From positions 1 through 64,000 of the forward strand of contig JAUCBJ010008300.1 of NCBI GenBank assembly GCA_032718475.1: 64,000 nt of DNA, read 5' to 3'. Under the pieces are notes generated by a model. The model had not been told where the DNA came from and made no database searches. It worked only from the letters and a program-made list of their open reading frames with translations. The position numbers were made by a program, and so were the translations under genes. Numbering within the stretch: position 1 is the stretch's first letter; each line of letters begins with the position of its first letter. The DNA comes from Nemertoderma westbladi (lineage: Eukaryota; Animalia; Xenacoelomorpha). This document shows, in pieces, positions 26,201 to 38,700 of the stretch.

Positions 26201-29200
26201 TTTGAGGCTCTCAGAGTGAAGAGATAAGTAGCATATCTCCCTGTTAATATTGTTGTGTTCTAGAATATTAATTATAGTTTCATCGTGTTGTCAAAGCGGC
26301 TGGAGCCAAAGATAATATGTAATGCAATAATTCAACTCAAATATCTCAGCTAGTTCATGAATATAATGAGTATTAAATCCTTGTCAAAATAATTGGTGTT
26401 TTTCAGCAATAATTTATTAAAATCTCCTCTGATTTTTTACAAAAAACGACATCGATTTTCATATTCATGACTTCTAACCCACTCCAAGAGATAGACAATC
26501 TTAAATGGAAGTCAAAAGAGCAGGTAACACTTACATTTATAGAAGTAATCAGCTGTTCTTTGCTTCGTCTTTCCCCTGGAGATGGATGAATTTTGATTGC
26601 CTCGGAACACCCCCTTTTTGAGGCTCTCAGAGTGAAGATATAAGTAGCCTATCTCCCTGTTAATATTGTTGTGTTCTAGAATATGTATTATAGTTTCATC
26701 GTATTGCCAAAGCGGCTGGAGCCGAAGTTAATATGTAATGCAATAATTCACCTCAAATTTCTCAGCTATTTCATGAATATAATGAGTATTAAAGCCATGT
26801 CAAAATCCTTGGTGTTTTTCAGCAATAATTTATTAAAATCTCCTCTGATTTTTTACAAAAAACGACATCGATTTTCATATTCATGACTTCTAACCCACTC
26901 CAAGAGATAGACAATCTTAAATGGAGGTCAAAAGAGCAGGTAACACTTACATTTATAGAAGTAATCAGCTGTTCTTTGCTTCGTCTTTCCCCTGGAAATG
27001 GATGCATTTTGATTGTGTCAGAACACCCCCTTTTTGAGGCTCTCGGAGTAAAGAGATAAGTAGCATATATCTCCCTGTTAATATTGTTGTGTTCTAGAAT
27101 ATTAATTATAGTTTCATCGTGTTGCCAAAGCGGCTGGAGCCAAAGATAATATGTAATGCAATAATTCACCTCAAATATCTCAGCTAGTTCATAAATATAA
27201 TGAGTATTAAATCCTTGTCAAAATCCTTGGTGTTTTTCAGCAATAATTTATTAAAATCTCCTCTGATTTTTTACAAAAAACGACATCGATTTTTATATTC
27301 ATGACTTCTAACCCACTCCAAGAGATAGACAATCTTAAATGAAAGTCAAAAGAGCAGGTAACACTTACATTTATAGAAGTAATCAGCTGTTCTTTGCTTC
27401 GTCTTTCCCCTGGAGATGGATGAATTTGATTGCGTCGGAACACCCCCTTTTTGAGGCTTTCAGAGTGAAGATATAAGTAGCCTATCTCCCTGTTAATATT
27501 GTTGTGTTCTAGAATATTTAATATAGTTTCATCGTATTGCCAATGCGGCTGGAGCCCAAGTTAATATGTGATACAATAATTCACCTCAAATTTCTCAGCT
27601 ATTTTATGAATATAATGAGTATTAAAGCCATGTCAAAATCCTTGGGCTTTCAGCAATAATTTATCAAAATATTCTCAGATTTTTTACAAAAAACGACATC
27701 GATTTTCATATTTATAACTTCTAACCCACTCCAAGAGATAGAGAATCTTAAACGAAAGTCATAAGAACAGGTAACACTTACATTTATAGAAGTAATCAGC
27801 TGTAATTTGCTTCGTCTTTCCCCAGGAGATGGATGAATTTTGATTGCGTCGGAACACCCCCTTTCTGAAGCTCTCAGAGTGGAGAGATAAGTAGCCTATC
27901 TTCCTGTTAATATTGTTGTGTTCTAGAATATTTATTATAGTTTCATCGTATAGCCAAAGCGGCTGGAGCCAAAGATAATATGTAATGCAATAATTCACCT
28001 CAAATATCTCAGCTTGTTCATGAATATAATGAGTATTAAATCTTTGTCAAAATCCTTGGTGTTTTTCAGCAATAATTTATGAAAATCTCCTCTGATTTTT
28101 TACAAAAAACGACATCGATTTTCATATTCATGACTTCTAACCCACTCCAAGAGATAGACAATCTTAAATGGAAGTCAAAAGAGCAGGTAACACTTACATT
28201 TATAGAAGTAATCAGCTGTTCTTTGCTTCGTCTTTCCCCTGGAGATGGATGAATTTTGATTGCCTCGGAACACCCCCTTTTTGAGGCTCTCAGAGTGAAG
28301 ATATAAGTAGCCTATCTCCCTGTTAATATTGTTGTGTTCTAGAATATGTATTATAGTTTCATCGTATTGCCAAAGCGGCTGGAGCCAAAGATAATATGTA
28401 ATGCAATAATTCAACTCAAATATCTCAGCTATTTCATGAATATAATGAGTATTAAAGCCATGTCAAAATCCTTGGTGTTTTTCAGCAATAATTTATTAAA
28501 ATCTCCTCTGATTTTTTACAAAAAACGACATCGATTTTCATATTCATGACTTCTAACCCACTCCAAGAGATAGACAATCTTAAATGGAGGTCAAAAGAGC
28601 AGGTAACACTTACATTTATAGAAGTAATCAGCTGTTCTTTGCTTCGTCTTTCCCCTGGAAATGGATGCATTTTGATTGTGTCAGAACACCCCCTTTTTGA
28701 GGCTCTCGGAGTAAAGAGATAAGTAGCATATATCTCCCTGTTAATATTGTTGTGTTCTAGAATATTAATTATAGTTTCATCGTGTTGCCAAAGCGGCTGG
28801 AGCCAAAGATAATATGTAATGCAATAATTCACCTCAAATATCTCAGCTAGTTCATAAATATAATGAGTATTAAATCCTTGTCAAAATCCTTGGTGTTTTT
28901 CAGCAATAATTTATTAAAATCTCCTCTGATTTTTTACAAAAAACGACATCGATTTTTATATTCATGACTTCTAACCCACTCCAAGAGATAGACAATCTTA
29001 AATGAAAGTCAAAAGAGCAGGTAACACTTACATTTATAGAAGTAATCAGCTGTTCTTTGCTTCGTCTTTCCCCAGGAGATGGATGAATTTTGATTGCATC
29101 GGAACACCCCCTTTCTGAAGCTCTCAGAGTGGAGAGATAAGTAGCCTATCTTCCTGTTAATATTGTTGTGTTCTAGAATATTTATTATAGTTTCATCGTA

Positions 29201-30558
29201 TAGCCAAAGCGGCTGGAGCCAAAGATAATATGTAATGCAATAATTCACCTCAAATATCTCAGCTTGTTCATGAATATAATGAGTATTAAATCTTTGTCAA
29301 AATCCTTGGTGTTTTTCAGCAATAATTTATTAAAATCTCCTCTGATTTTTTACAAAAAACGACATCGATTTTCATATTCATGACTTCTAACCCACTCCAA
29401 GAGATAGACAATCTTAAATGGAAGTCAAAAGAGCAGGTAACACTTACATTTATAGAAGTAATCAGCTGTTCTTTGCTTCGTCTTTCCCCTGGAGATGGAT
29501 GAATTTTGATTGCGTCGGAACACCCCCTTTTTGAGGCTCTCAGAGTGAAGATATAAGTAGCCTATCTCCCTGTTAATATTGTTGTATTCTATTGGAGTGT
29601 TTGCTTCGTCTTTCCCCAGGAGATGGATGAATTTTGATTGTGTCAGAACACCCCCTTTTTGAGGCTCTCAGAGTGAAGATATAAGTAGCCTATCTTCCTG
29701 TTAATATTGTTGTGTTCTAGAATATTAATTATAGTTTCATCGTGTTGCCAAAGCGGCTGGAGCCAAAGATAATATGTAATGCAATAATTCACCTCAAATA
29801 TCTCAGCTAGTTCATGAATATAATGAGTATTAAATCCTTGTCAAAATCCTCGGTGTTTTTCAGCAATAATTTATTAAAATCTCCTCTGATTTTTTACAAA
29901 AAACGACATCGATTTTCATATTCATGACTTCTAACCCACTCCAAGAGATAGACAATCTTAAATGAAAGTCAAAAGAGCAGGTAACACTTACATTTATAGA
30001 AGTAATCAGCTGTTCTTTGCTTCGTCTTTCCCCTGGAGATGGATGAATTTGATTGCGTTGTAACACCCCCTTTTTGAGGCTCTCAGAGTGAAGATATAAG
30101 TATCCTATCTCCCTGTTAATATTGTTGTGTTCTAGAATATGTATTCTAGTTTCATCGTATTGTCAAAGCGGCTGGAGCCGAAGTTAATATGTGATACAAT
30201 AATTCACCACAAATTTCTCAGCTATTTCATGAATATAATGAGTATTAAAGCCATGTCAAAATCCTTGGTGTTTTTCAGCATTAATTTATTAAAATCTCCT
30301 CTGATTTTTTACAAAAAACGACATCGATTTTCATATTCATGACTTCTAACCCATTCCAAGAGATAGACAATCTTAAATGAAAGTCAAAAGAGCAGGTAAC
30401 ACTTACATTTATAGAAGTAATCAGCTGTTCTTTGCTTCGTCTTTCCCCTGGAGATGGATGAATTTTGATTGCGTCGGAACACCCCCTTTTTGAGGCTCTC
30501 AGAGTGAAGATATAAGTAGCCTATCTCCCTGTTAATATTGTTGTGTTCTAGAATATGT

Positions 30559-31077
30559 GTGGTGAGCCACGAAGTTGGCGGAGCCTTAGCGAATTGACAC
30601 TGTTAGGGGGTGGGTCAATTTATGCAAATAGTTGTCGTCGTCGTCGTCGTCGTCGTTGTCGTCGTCGTCGTCATCGTTGTCGTCGTCATTGTCGTCGTCG
30701 TTACGATTTTGACATGCTAATAACTTTGTCGGATTTAAAGCTGCCAAGTTGAAAATTTGTAGGTATCAATATGAGCAAAAGTTGAGATTTTTGAGAGACT
30801 TTCAGACACCATCAGTGCAATGGTCTCCCGCTAGAGGGCCACATGTCTAAACATTAAATGCCCTCCCATTTCTTTGCTTTTAATCCGTTTAAGCTGAAAC
30901 TTGGCAGATATGTATTAGACCATTAGCTGTGACTTTCAAAGGAGGCGAAACCATCTGCAGTTCTCCAGTCTGCCGCTAGAGGGCCAACGTGACTATTTGC
31001 ATAAATTGACCTACCCCCTAACAGTGTCAATTCGCTAAGGCTCTGCCAACTTCGTGCTGCGCGAAGTCCCCACTTCG
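30559..31077 (+). mobile_element. HINE/MITE-like element, copy 3
   Basis: Near-identical to copies 1 and 2, at the same monomer position, offset 7851 bp from copy 2. Confidence 0.75.
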
Positions 31078-32304
31078 TGTATTATAGTTTCATCGTATTG
31101 CCAAAGCGGCTGGAGCCGAACTTAATATGTGATACAATAATTCACCTCAAATTTCTCAGCTATTTCATGAATATAATGAGTATTAAAGCCATGTCAAAAT
31201 CCTTGGTGTTTTTCAGCAATAATTTATTAAAATCTCCTCTGATTTTTTACAAAAAACGACATCGATTTTCATATTCATGACTTCTAACCCACTCCAAGAG
31301 ATAGACAATCTTAAATGGAAGTCAAAAGAGCAGGTAACACTTACATTTATAGAAGTAATCAGCTGTTCTTTGCTTCGTCTTTCCCCTGGAGATGGATGAA
31401 TTTTGATTGCGTCGGAACACCCCCTTTTTGAGGCTCTCAGAGTGAAGATATAAGTAGCCTATCTCCCTGTTAATATTGTTGTGTTCTAGAATATTTATTA
31501 TAGTTTCATCGTATTGCCAAAGCGGCTGGAGCCGAAGTTAATATGTGATACAATAATTCACCTCAAATTTCTCAGCTATTTCATGAATATAATGAGTATT
31601 AAAGCCATGTCAAAATCCTTGGTGTTTTTCAGCATTAATTTATTCAAATCTCCTCTGATTTTTTACAAAAAACGACATCAATTTTCATATTCATGACTTC
31701 TAACCCATTCCAAGAGATAGACAATCTTAAATGAAAGTCAAAGGGAGCAGGTAACACTTACATTTATAGAAGTAATCAGCTGTTCTTTGCTTCGTCTTTC
31801 CCCTGGAGATGGATGAATTTTGATTGCGTCGGAACACCCCCTTTTTGAGGCTCTCAGAGTGAAGATATAAGTAGCCTATCTCCCTGTTAATATTGTTGTG
31901 TTCTAGAATATGTATTATAGTTTCATCGTATTGCCAAAGCGGCTGGAGCCGAACTTAATATGTGATACAATAATTCACCTCAAATTTCTCAGCTATTTCA
32001 TGAATATAATGAGTATTAAAGCCATGTCAAAATCCTTGGTGTTTTTCAGCAATAATTTATGAAAATCTCCTCTGATTTTTTACAAAAAACGACATCGATT
32101 TTCATATTCATGACTTCTAACCCACTCCAAGAGATAGACAATCTTAAATGGAAGTCAAAAGAGCAGGTAACACTTACATTTATAGAAGTAATCAGCTGTT
32201 CTTTGCTTCGTCTTTCCCCTGGAGATGGATGAATTTTGATTGCGTCGGAACACCCCCTTTTTGAGGCTCTCAGAGTGAAGATATAAGTAGCCTATCTCCC
32301 TGTT

Positions 32305-33533
32305 TGTAAAAGCTTTTACTGAATTGTCCGGTTATTTTTCCTTATTTTTCCCGTAAAGTACTCTGTAGTTGGTTTACCAGGCATAAAAAGGCCGTGTCCT
32401 TGCTGTACTGGTGTTTTAGCGGACATAAAAGCTATTTCTTCTGTATTTGTACTTTAGAGGACATAATCCGTAATTCCGTGACGTAAAAGCTCGATACTCT
32501 TGAAAACAGTGTCGCTACCATGACGACGGCTAGCAGCTGATATTGCCACGTCGACGTTTCTTTGTTTCTCTGTTCTCTCGTTGTTCATGTTGACCAATCA
32601 GAGCGTTTGTGATCTCTGTGTTGGAGGTATATACAGAAACTCAGTAGTTCAGTGTTATGTTTTTGTCCAGAGCCTAAGAACCGGCTTTGGCACCTCCGTG
32701 TTTTAGTTTTTAGTCTTACACTAGTAGGTTTAATTATAAAGGGCATATATCCTTTAACGCACCTACCTGACTCATGGAATCACTGCATACTGATGACTGA
32801 TGTCTGCATACTGCAGTACTGCATACACTGCATACTGTGTAACATTGTGCATACCTTTATATTGTTATACTGCTATTTACCGTCAGTTCTTCATAATATG
32901 GTTGATGAATAATTATATTTGGAATAACGATAAACAACCCCGAAACCCAATATTCTTGATATACCGAAGGTAAGAGAGAAGGGTTACAGATAAACGATTG
33001 TGACTTATGTTAAAGTGGTTTGAAGTGAATCTAATGTTATTTGATAGACCCTACATGATTCAGTCTGTGTTCCTTTTATATGTGACTAAAATCAGTGAAG
33101 ATTGGCAGATTAGTGTGCAGTATTGTGCAGCATTGTGTATGAGTGAGTCTGTTAAAGAAGCAATTCCTAAAGAATGCGCCATATATGTGAATTATAATTA
33201 AGCCATATCGTTGTGAGTAGTTTAAGTCATAACTCTGTTTATATAGATAAAGCGCCACGTCCTAAAGGAACTGTTAATATTCCCGAAGGTGAATAATATT
33301 GTCAGAGATTATATAATACTGTCAGTCGAATAATACATTAGGCTTACATAGCAATAAAATTAAACCGTCGAACCCAATCTCCCGGGAATATCCAGCGGGT
33401 GAATGGTCGCGCACGGATTGGTTTCGACTAGTGTAGTGAATCAAATACTTGTCAAAGACTAAAAACTGATTTAATATCTAGAAGACATCTTAATTTGGTG
33501 GGTTAAACTGCCAAAGGTCTGAAAGCGCGAACA
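32305..33533 (+). repeat. 5' LTR of element B (1229 bp)
   Basis: TGTAAAAGC...GCGCGAACA; contains GACCAATCAG (~32592), TATATACA (~32628) and TCAGT (32641, 32648). Confidence 0.95.
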
Positions 33534-33830
33534 TTAAAGGATATAGCTTCTTTGTTGCAGTAAGCAATAAAGTTGAAAGTACCGGTCAACCGGTAAACCT
33601 GAACCGGTACACTCTGTAGGTCAGTAGGCCTAACTGTTCTAACCGGTACTTCAGTATAAGTACACTAGTATTATTCGATTTGATTGTTGCATACCGGTAG
33701 GCTGTTTAAGGGATTAGGGATTGATCACCCCTTATACCTTTATATGGTTTACTTATTTCTGTCAAGTTTTATTTATTTGTAGGCCAGTATTGAACAGAAG
33801 GCGTGTAAGCCTGATCAGATAGTACAGACG

Positions 33831-34405
33831 ATTTGTAGGCTGAGCTGTTGTCTGATTGCTGTTAAGTCCGAACGAATTGCAGTGTGTGTAGATCACCTGT
33901 CCGATTAAGTACGATTAGGCAGTAGGGGCAGCGAACGCTGTAAGGTAATCCCCCAACTAAAGAATAAGTCGCACTACTGGGTTAGAGCGCATACTCCCTA
34001 ATCATTTCGGAGTCTGCATGTCCTGTGGTTTATTTAGGCTTGAGAGTGGTCTGCCATCGTTTAGTCTGTACTTTGTTTGTGTAAGTCTGTACGGGTAGCG
34101 TATAATTTTATTTAGATAATTTGTAGGCTGGATAGTTGTCTGGCTGTTATTAGGTCTGAACGGATTGCCGCGTGTGTAGATCATCTGTCCGATTAAGTAC
34201 GATTAGGCAGTAGGGGCAGCGAACGCTGTAAGGTAATCCCCCAACTAAAGAATAAGTCGCACTACTGGGTTAGAGCGCATACTCCCTAATCATTTCGGAG
34301 TCTGCATATACCGTAGTTTGTTTAGGCTTGATGGTAGTCTGTCGGTATTTGGTCTGCATTTTGTTTGAGTAGTTTGTACGCGTAGCGTAATATTTATTAT
34401 TCAGA
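33831..34405 (+). repeat. 288-bp tandem duplication in the 5' leader of element B
   Basis: 33831-34118 versus 34119-~34405; a near-identical ~135-bp core with diverged flanks. Confidence 0.85.
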
Positions 34406-35718
34406 GTTTATGCGATTATCCGCAACATTCATTCCCCAAGTTTGTTCCTACAGTAATTGTGTTTGTTATACATACCGTTATAGTTAAATTAACCCCGGTA
34501 CTACACGGGCTGCTCGGCGTAGGTAAAGACTGGTGATTTTGTGCATCGGTCACTCCAGCAGATGCCGTGGTTCTTTTAGCTGTTCAAGTATATTTAACTA
34601 CTGATTATTTGTTATACAAGTACTCGTACCTAATTTAGGGTTTAGTGTACCGTACTTTCCGAAGTAATTATTGTAGGCATTATATTTGTGTTGTAAAGTG
34701 GTTGATAGGCACATTCGATTAGCTCTATTAACTTCTAGGTAGGAACACTCCGTGATACATAACGTAGAACCTATAGCGATACGGCTATAGGTCGTCAGGC
34801 GGTGGTATTTTCCTATCTAGACAACGCAGTGTATTTACTACTACTTATTATTTCAAATACCGTAGTACTCTGTCCGTTGTAATAACCGGCTATCTAACCC
34901 TTTGTTAGGCTGGTTTGTAGACTTCTTGTAAAATTACCCTAAAAATTTCGTATTTGTGTTTTTGTAAATTCTTGTGTTTATTTAGAGATTGTAATCTAAC
35001 CCGAATTGTACGTAATTTGTAGTATTAAGTAACTTAGGTAAATTAGTATTATTTGTTTTAGTGTCTCATAAGTAACACTTCATTGAAAGCGCACTGCTTT
35101 GTGTAGTGATTACCCCCAGAAATAATAACATTTATTTCAAACATTGACAAAACCCATTAAAACGGGTATATATATATTATAAATCAAATCTAACGATTTA
35201 TAAATAGTAGGCCTACCATACAACCATTAGGTCCCAATATCAGTTGGATTACTGCTCAAATAACGGTAATAAAGTAAGTAAAGTAACAAAGTAACCCTAA
35301 AGTAACAGAAATTCAATTATTTGAAATAATTGATATACCGGTATTTACGATAGGCCTATTATCTTTATTTCTATAAATCTAGGCTGAAATTATACCGGTA
35401 CTTGTAATTAATTCTATTTCAGAATTATATATCCTACAAACTGTAAGCTGTATACCGGTATTCCGATAGGCCTATTATATATTTATATATATTTGTGCTA
35501 AAATTATACCGGTATTCTGTGATAAACCTAGTCTGTAATAATACTTATATAGTTATATATACTATAAGTATACCGGTATTCTAATATATTATATATATAT
35601 CACGCTACACTGAGTAGCAGTAACGGTAATTAATTACTAGGATAGCAGTTCATACTGAGTTACTAGACTTGCTTAGACTGTAATATAGCAGTAGGCATTC
35701 AACTGTACATACCTAGTC

Positions 35719-38700
35719 ATGTCTGATACTAAGCAGAACCTGTCAGACAGTCTACTAGATACAATGGATATCCTGCTCGGGCAGATGCAGGAGACTGTCC
35801 GGCAATTCAAGGGCACAGTAAGGGAAAGTAGGCTAGAGTTGCAAGAAGTGCAGCAAAGTATCGCGCTTGAACGCGATAAATTAGTAAATACCCAAAAGGG
35901 TATACCACCACCCTCTGTAACAATGTGTCAACCTGTTAGGTCTGAAGTATTGCATGCGCAAGGTGTGGAGCCTACACGCATATATACTGCTAGCGAAGTA
36001 GAAACTCCTATAGTGAACCCTATTAAGGGTAATTATAGACCTGTTGCTAATGACATTCCCTATAGACCTGATCATAATCCGAGAAATTTATATACCGATA
36101 ACTCGATATTAAATAACACGATGGCCCAAGAAAGTTTTACGCGTCAAATGGCTAGAACCGAAGCCCGGCAAGCGGTAAAGGTTGGAGAGATCGTCAAGTT
36201 CAATGGAGATGAGATGAAATGGTTACCTTTTAATGAATATTACAAAGATAACATACAGAACTCTGTACTATCTAATGGAGAAAAACTTAGATACCTCATC
36301 GAGTGCTTGGAAGGATCTCCCAAGTTAATGGCTTTAAAATTTATTGGACATCCAGATGGATTAAGACAAGTTTGGGATACACTAAACATCAGGTATGGTA
36401 ATAGGACTAACATAGCTAGGTATTTATATGCGAAATTAATGGCGCCCCGAAAGTTTCTTAGCAGCGGGATTATAGAGTTTTCCGATGAGATTCAGGAGAT
36501 CTGTAGACAACTAGATTGGTTAGGTAAGTCTCATGAATACCAGAATTCTATGGTTGTAGGAGCCTTAGCATCTACTTTGCCCAAGGGTGGAGTAGGTACA
36601 CGCTGGGACAAGAAGGTGTTATATATGATGGAACAACAACGACGAGACCCTACCATGACTGATCTCATGTCATTCTTAGATAGAGAAGTGAAATTACAGC
36701 TCCTAAGGCAGTCCAGAGAGAAGACATTGGAAAACAAGGTAAGTGAGAAACCCGTTTCTAGGAGAAGGGTAACACCAGTATGTTATACCGACGACGGTGA
36801 AAGCCAAACTTCTCAAGGAGAGGACAGCGGGAAAGACACTGACAGATCTTATGTCAATAAAATGCCTAAAGATCAGGTAAGTAAATCCAAGTCTCGACCC
36901 AATGACAGAAGGGAACCGGTACAAAAAACCCCTCCTACGTCTCCTAAAAGAATTCAGGTGAGAAAGCCCGAGGAAAGAACAAGTGTGCACCACACAGCAC
37001 ATGTTAAAGTAAGTAACATCAAGCCCAAATGTGTGCTGTGCGACGGGCCCCACCGTTTAAATGCGTGTGATAAATTCCTGAGGAAATCACTAAAGGATAG
37101 ACGTGAAGTCATGTGGGATAAGCGGTTGTGTTATAATTGCCTCAGACGAGGACACCAACGGCGAACCTGTAACTCCGACGCAAGGTGTGCAAAGTGCGGC
37201 GCAAAACATCATATCTTGTTGCACACGGAATTCGAACGAAACAGCCCGAGTCAGGTAAGTGAGTCCGAACTACATGTCCAATTCAGTGATGTGAACGACA
37301 CTGATCAATCTGAGATGGAAGGATTCTATACGGACGAGTTCTCCGACCAAAACGAATCCTGTTACCTAATAAACACCACCGCAGTGTATCGAGCACTCGT
37401 GTATGAGAAAGACACAGACAGCGACCTTACCTTAACTACTTCCGATCAACAACCATCTTGGAAAGCGCCAACTTCCAATATAGGAATCCGAGAATTTCCT
37501 GTAGTCCAGTTACGGGTCCACGGACCTCAGAAGAGCTATATAGTGAACGCCCTCCTGGACTCCGGTAGCACAGGAACATTCATCGATAGGGAACTAGCCG
37601 AAGTCATCTTTGCTGGACAACCCAAGTTCCGAACCAAGCTAAACCTGTCAGGGATCATGCAGGTTTGGAATTCTACTGTAGCTGCCGACTATTATATATG
37701 TGAGTTGTCCACCCCCCAGGACGAACTAGGAGAACATAGCATCAGGTCAGTGAAAATGGTGGCTATAAAGAACTTCGCTACTACTCAAGCAGACCTTTAT
37801 AATTGGGACGAGGATGAGAGCATCCAACATCTTAACATACCTCGATTCCAGACTGATTATCCTGGAGTGCAAATACTCATCGGCCAAAACGCGCATGAGG
37901 CGCTGGAGACATTAGAGAAACGACCTGCTCAACCGCAACCACTTCAGCCCTATGCGGTAAGAACTAGAGTAGGTTGGTACCTTACTGGACCTTCCCGTAG
38001 AACGCTCAGAGAAAGACTGCTTCAAGATCGCGTCTGCCAGCGGAGTAAATGGGAAGATGATACTAGTGAGGGAGACGACCCAACTGAGGGAACACCATAC
38101 TCCTCAGATAATGACGATATTAGCTCCAATTTAGATCAATGGAGATATTGTCCCAAGAAGTTTAATCCAACGGACATCGCTTCCAGAGGAGTAACTCCTC
38201 AAGAACTGACAGATACTACAGACCGGTTAGGTGAACCCGACTTCCTGAGTAAGGAGGATGAATGGCCTCCCCATCTTACTCCGACTGAGATTAGACCAGC
38301 CAAGGGAGCGGAGAAAGTTAAACCTAAAACCCGGGCGGGTGGAGCGGAGTTATTTGAACCCGGGATAGATCTGTCGGTATTACATGTTGCCAGGGACGAC
38401 GCCGTGGATCTGGGCCTCCCCTCCGCGAGTGGATCCTTCATGAAGATCAGAGAGAGCGATTGGAGCTCTGGAACATCAGACGTCTCGCAGGGACTCTCAC
38501 CTCTCCTGCAGAGAGCGACGGACCACTATAGCTCCTGGAATCGGCTTTGTGACGCCGTCATATGCTTTGAGCGATGTTTCTATCGTCACTATTCCAGGAC
38601 GAAGAGGAAACCTGGAATTGTATTCAGGATGCAGCGACTCAATCACCCAGTCGGTCGTTTGTGTTTATCGGAAGGGAATGGAGGACTCTCCGGAAACTGT

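Larger units (their letters stand above)
12807..32304 (+). repeat. ~416-bp satellite array, homogenised core (part 1)
   Basis: Tandem monomers with period 416 (e.g. 16342 to 16758). Interrupted by three HINE-like insertions and ~128-bp truncated monomers at ~19660, ~26130 and ~29590. Confidence 0.97.

Noticed and set aside
32652-33258. Short ORFs inside the element B LTRs (duplicated at 42185-42791)
   Set aside because: Short and low-complexity; their duplication merely reflects LTR identity.
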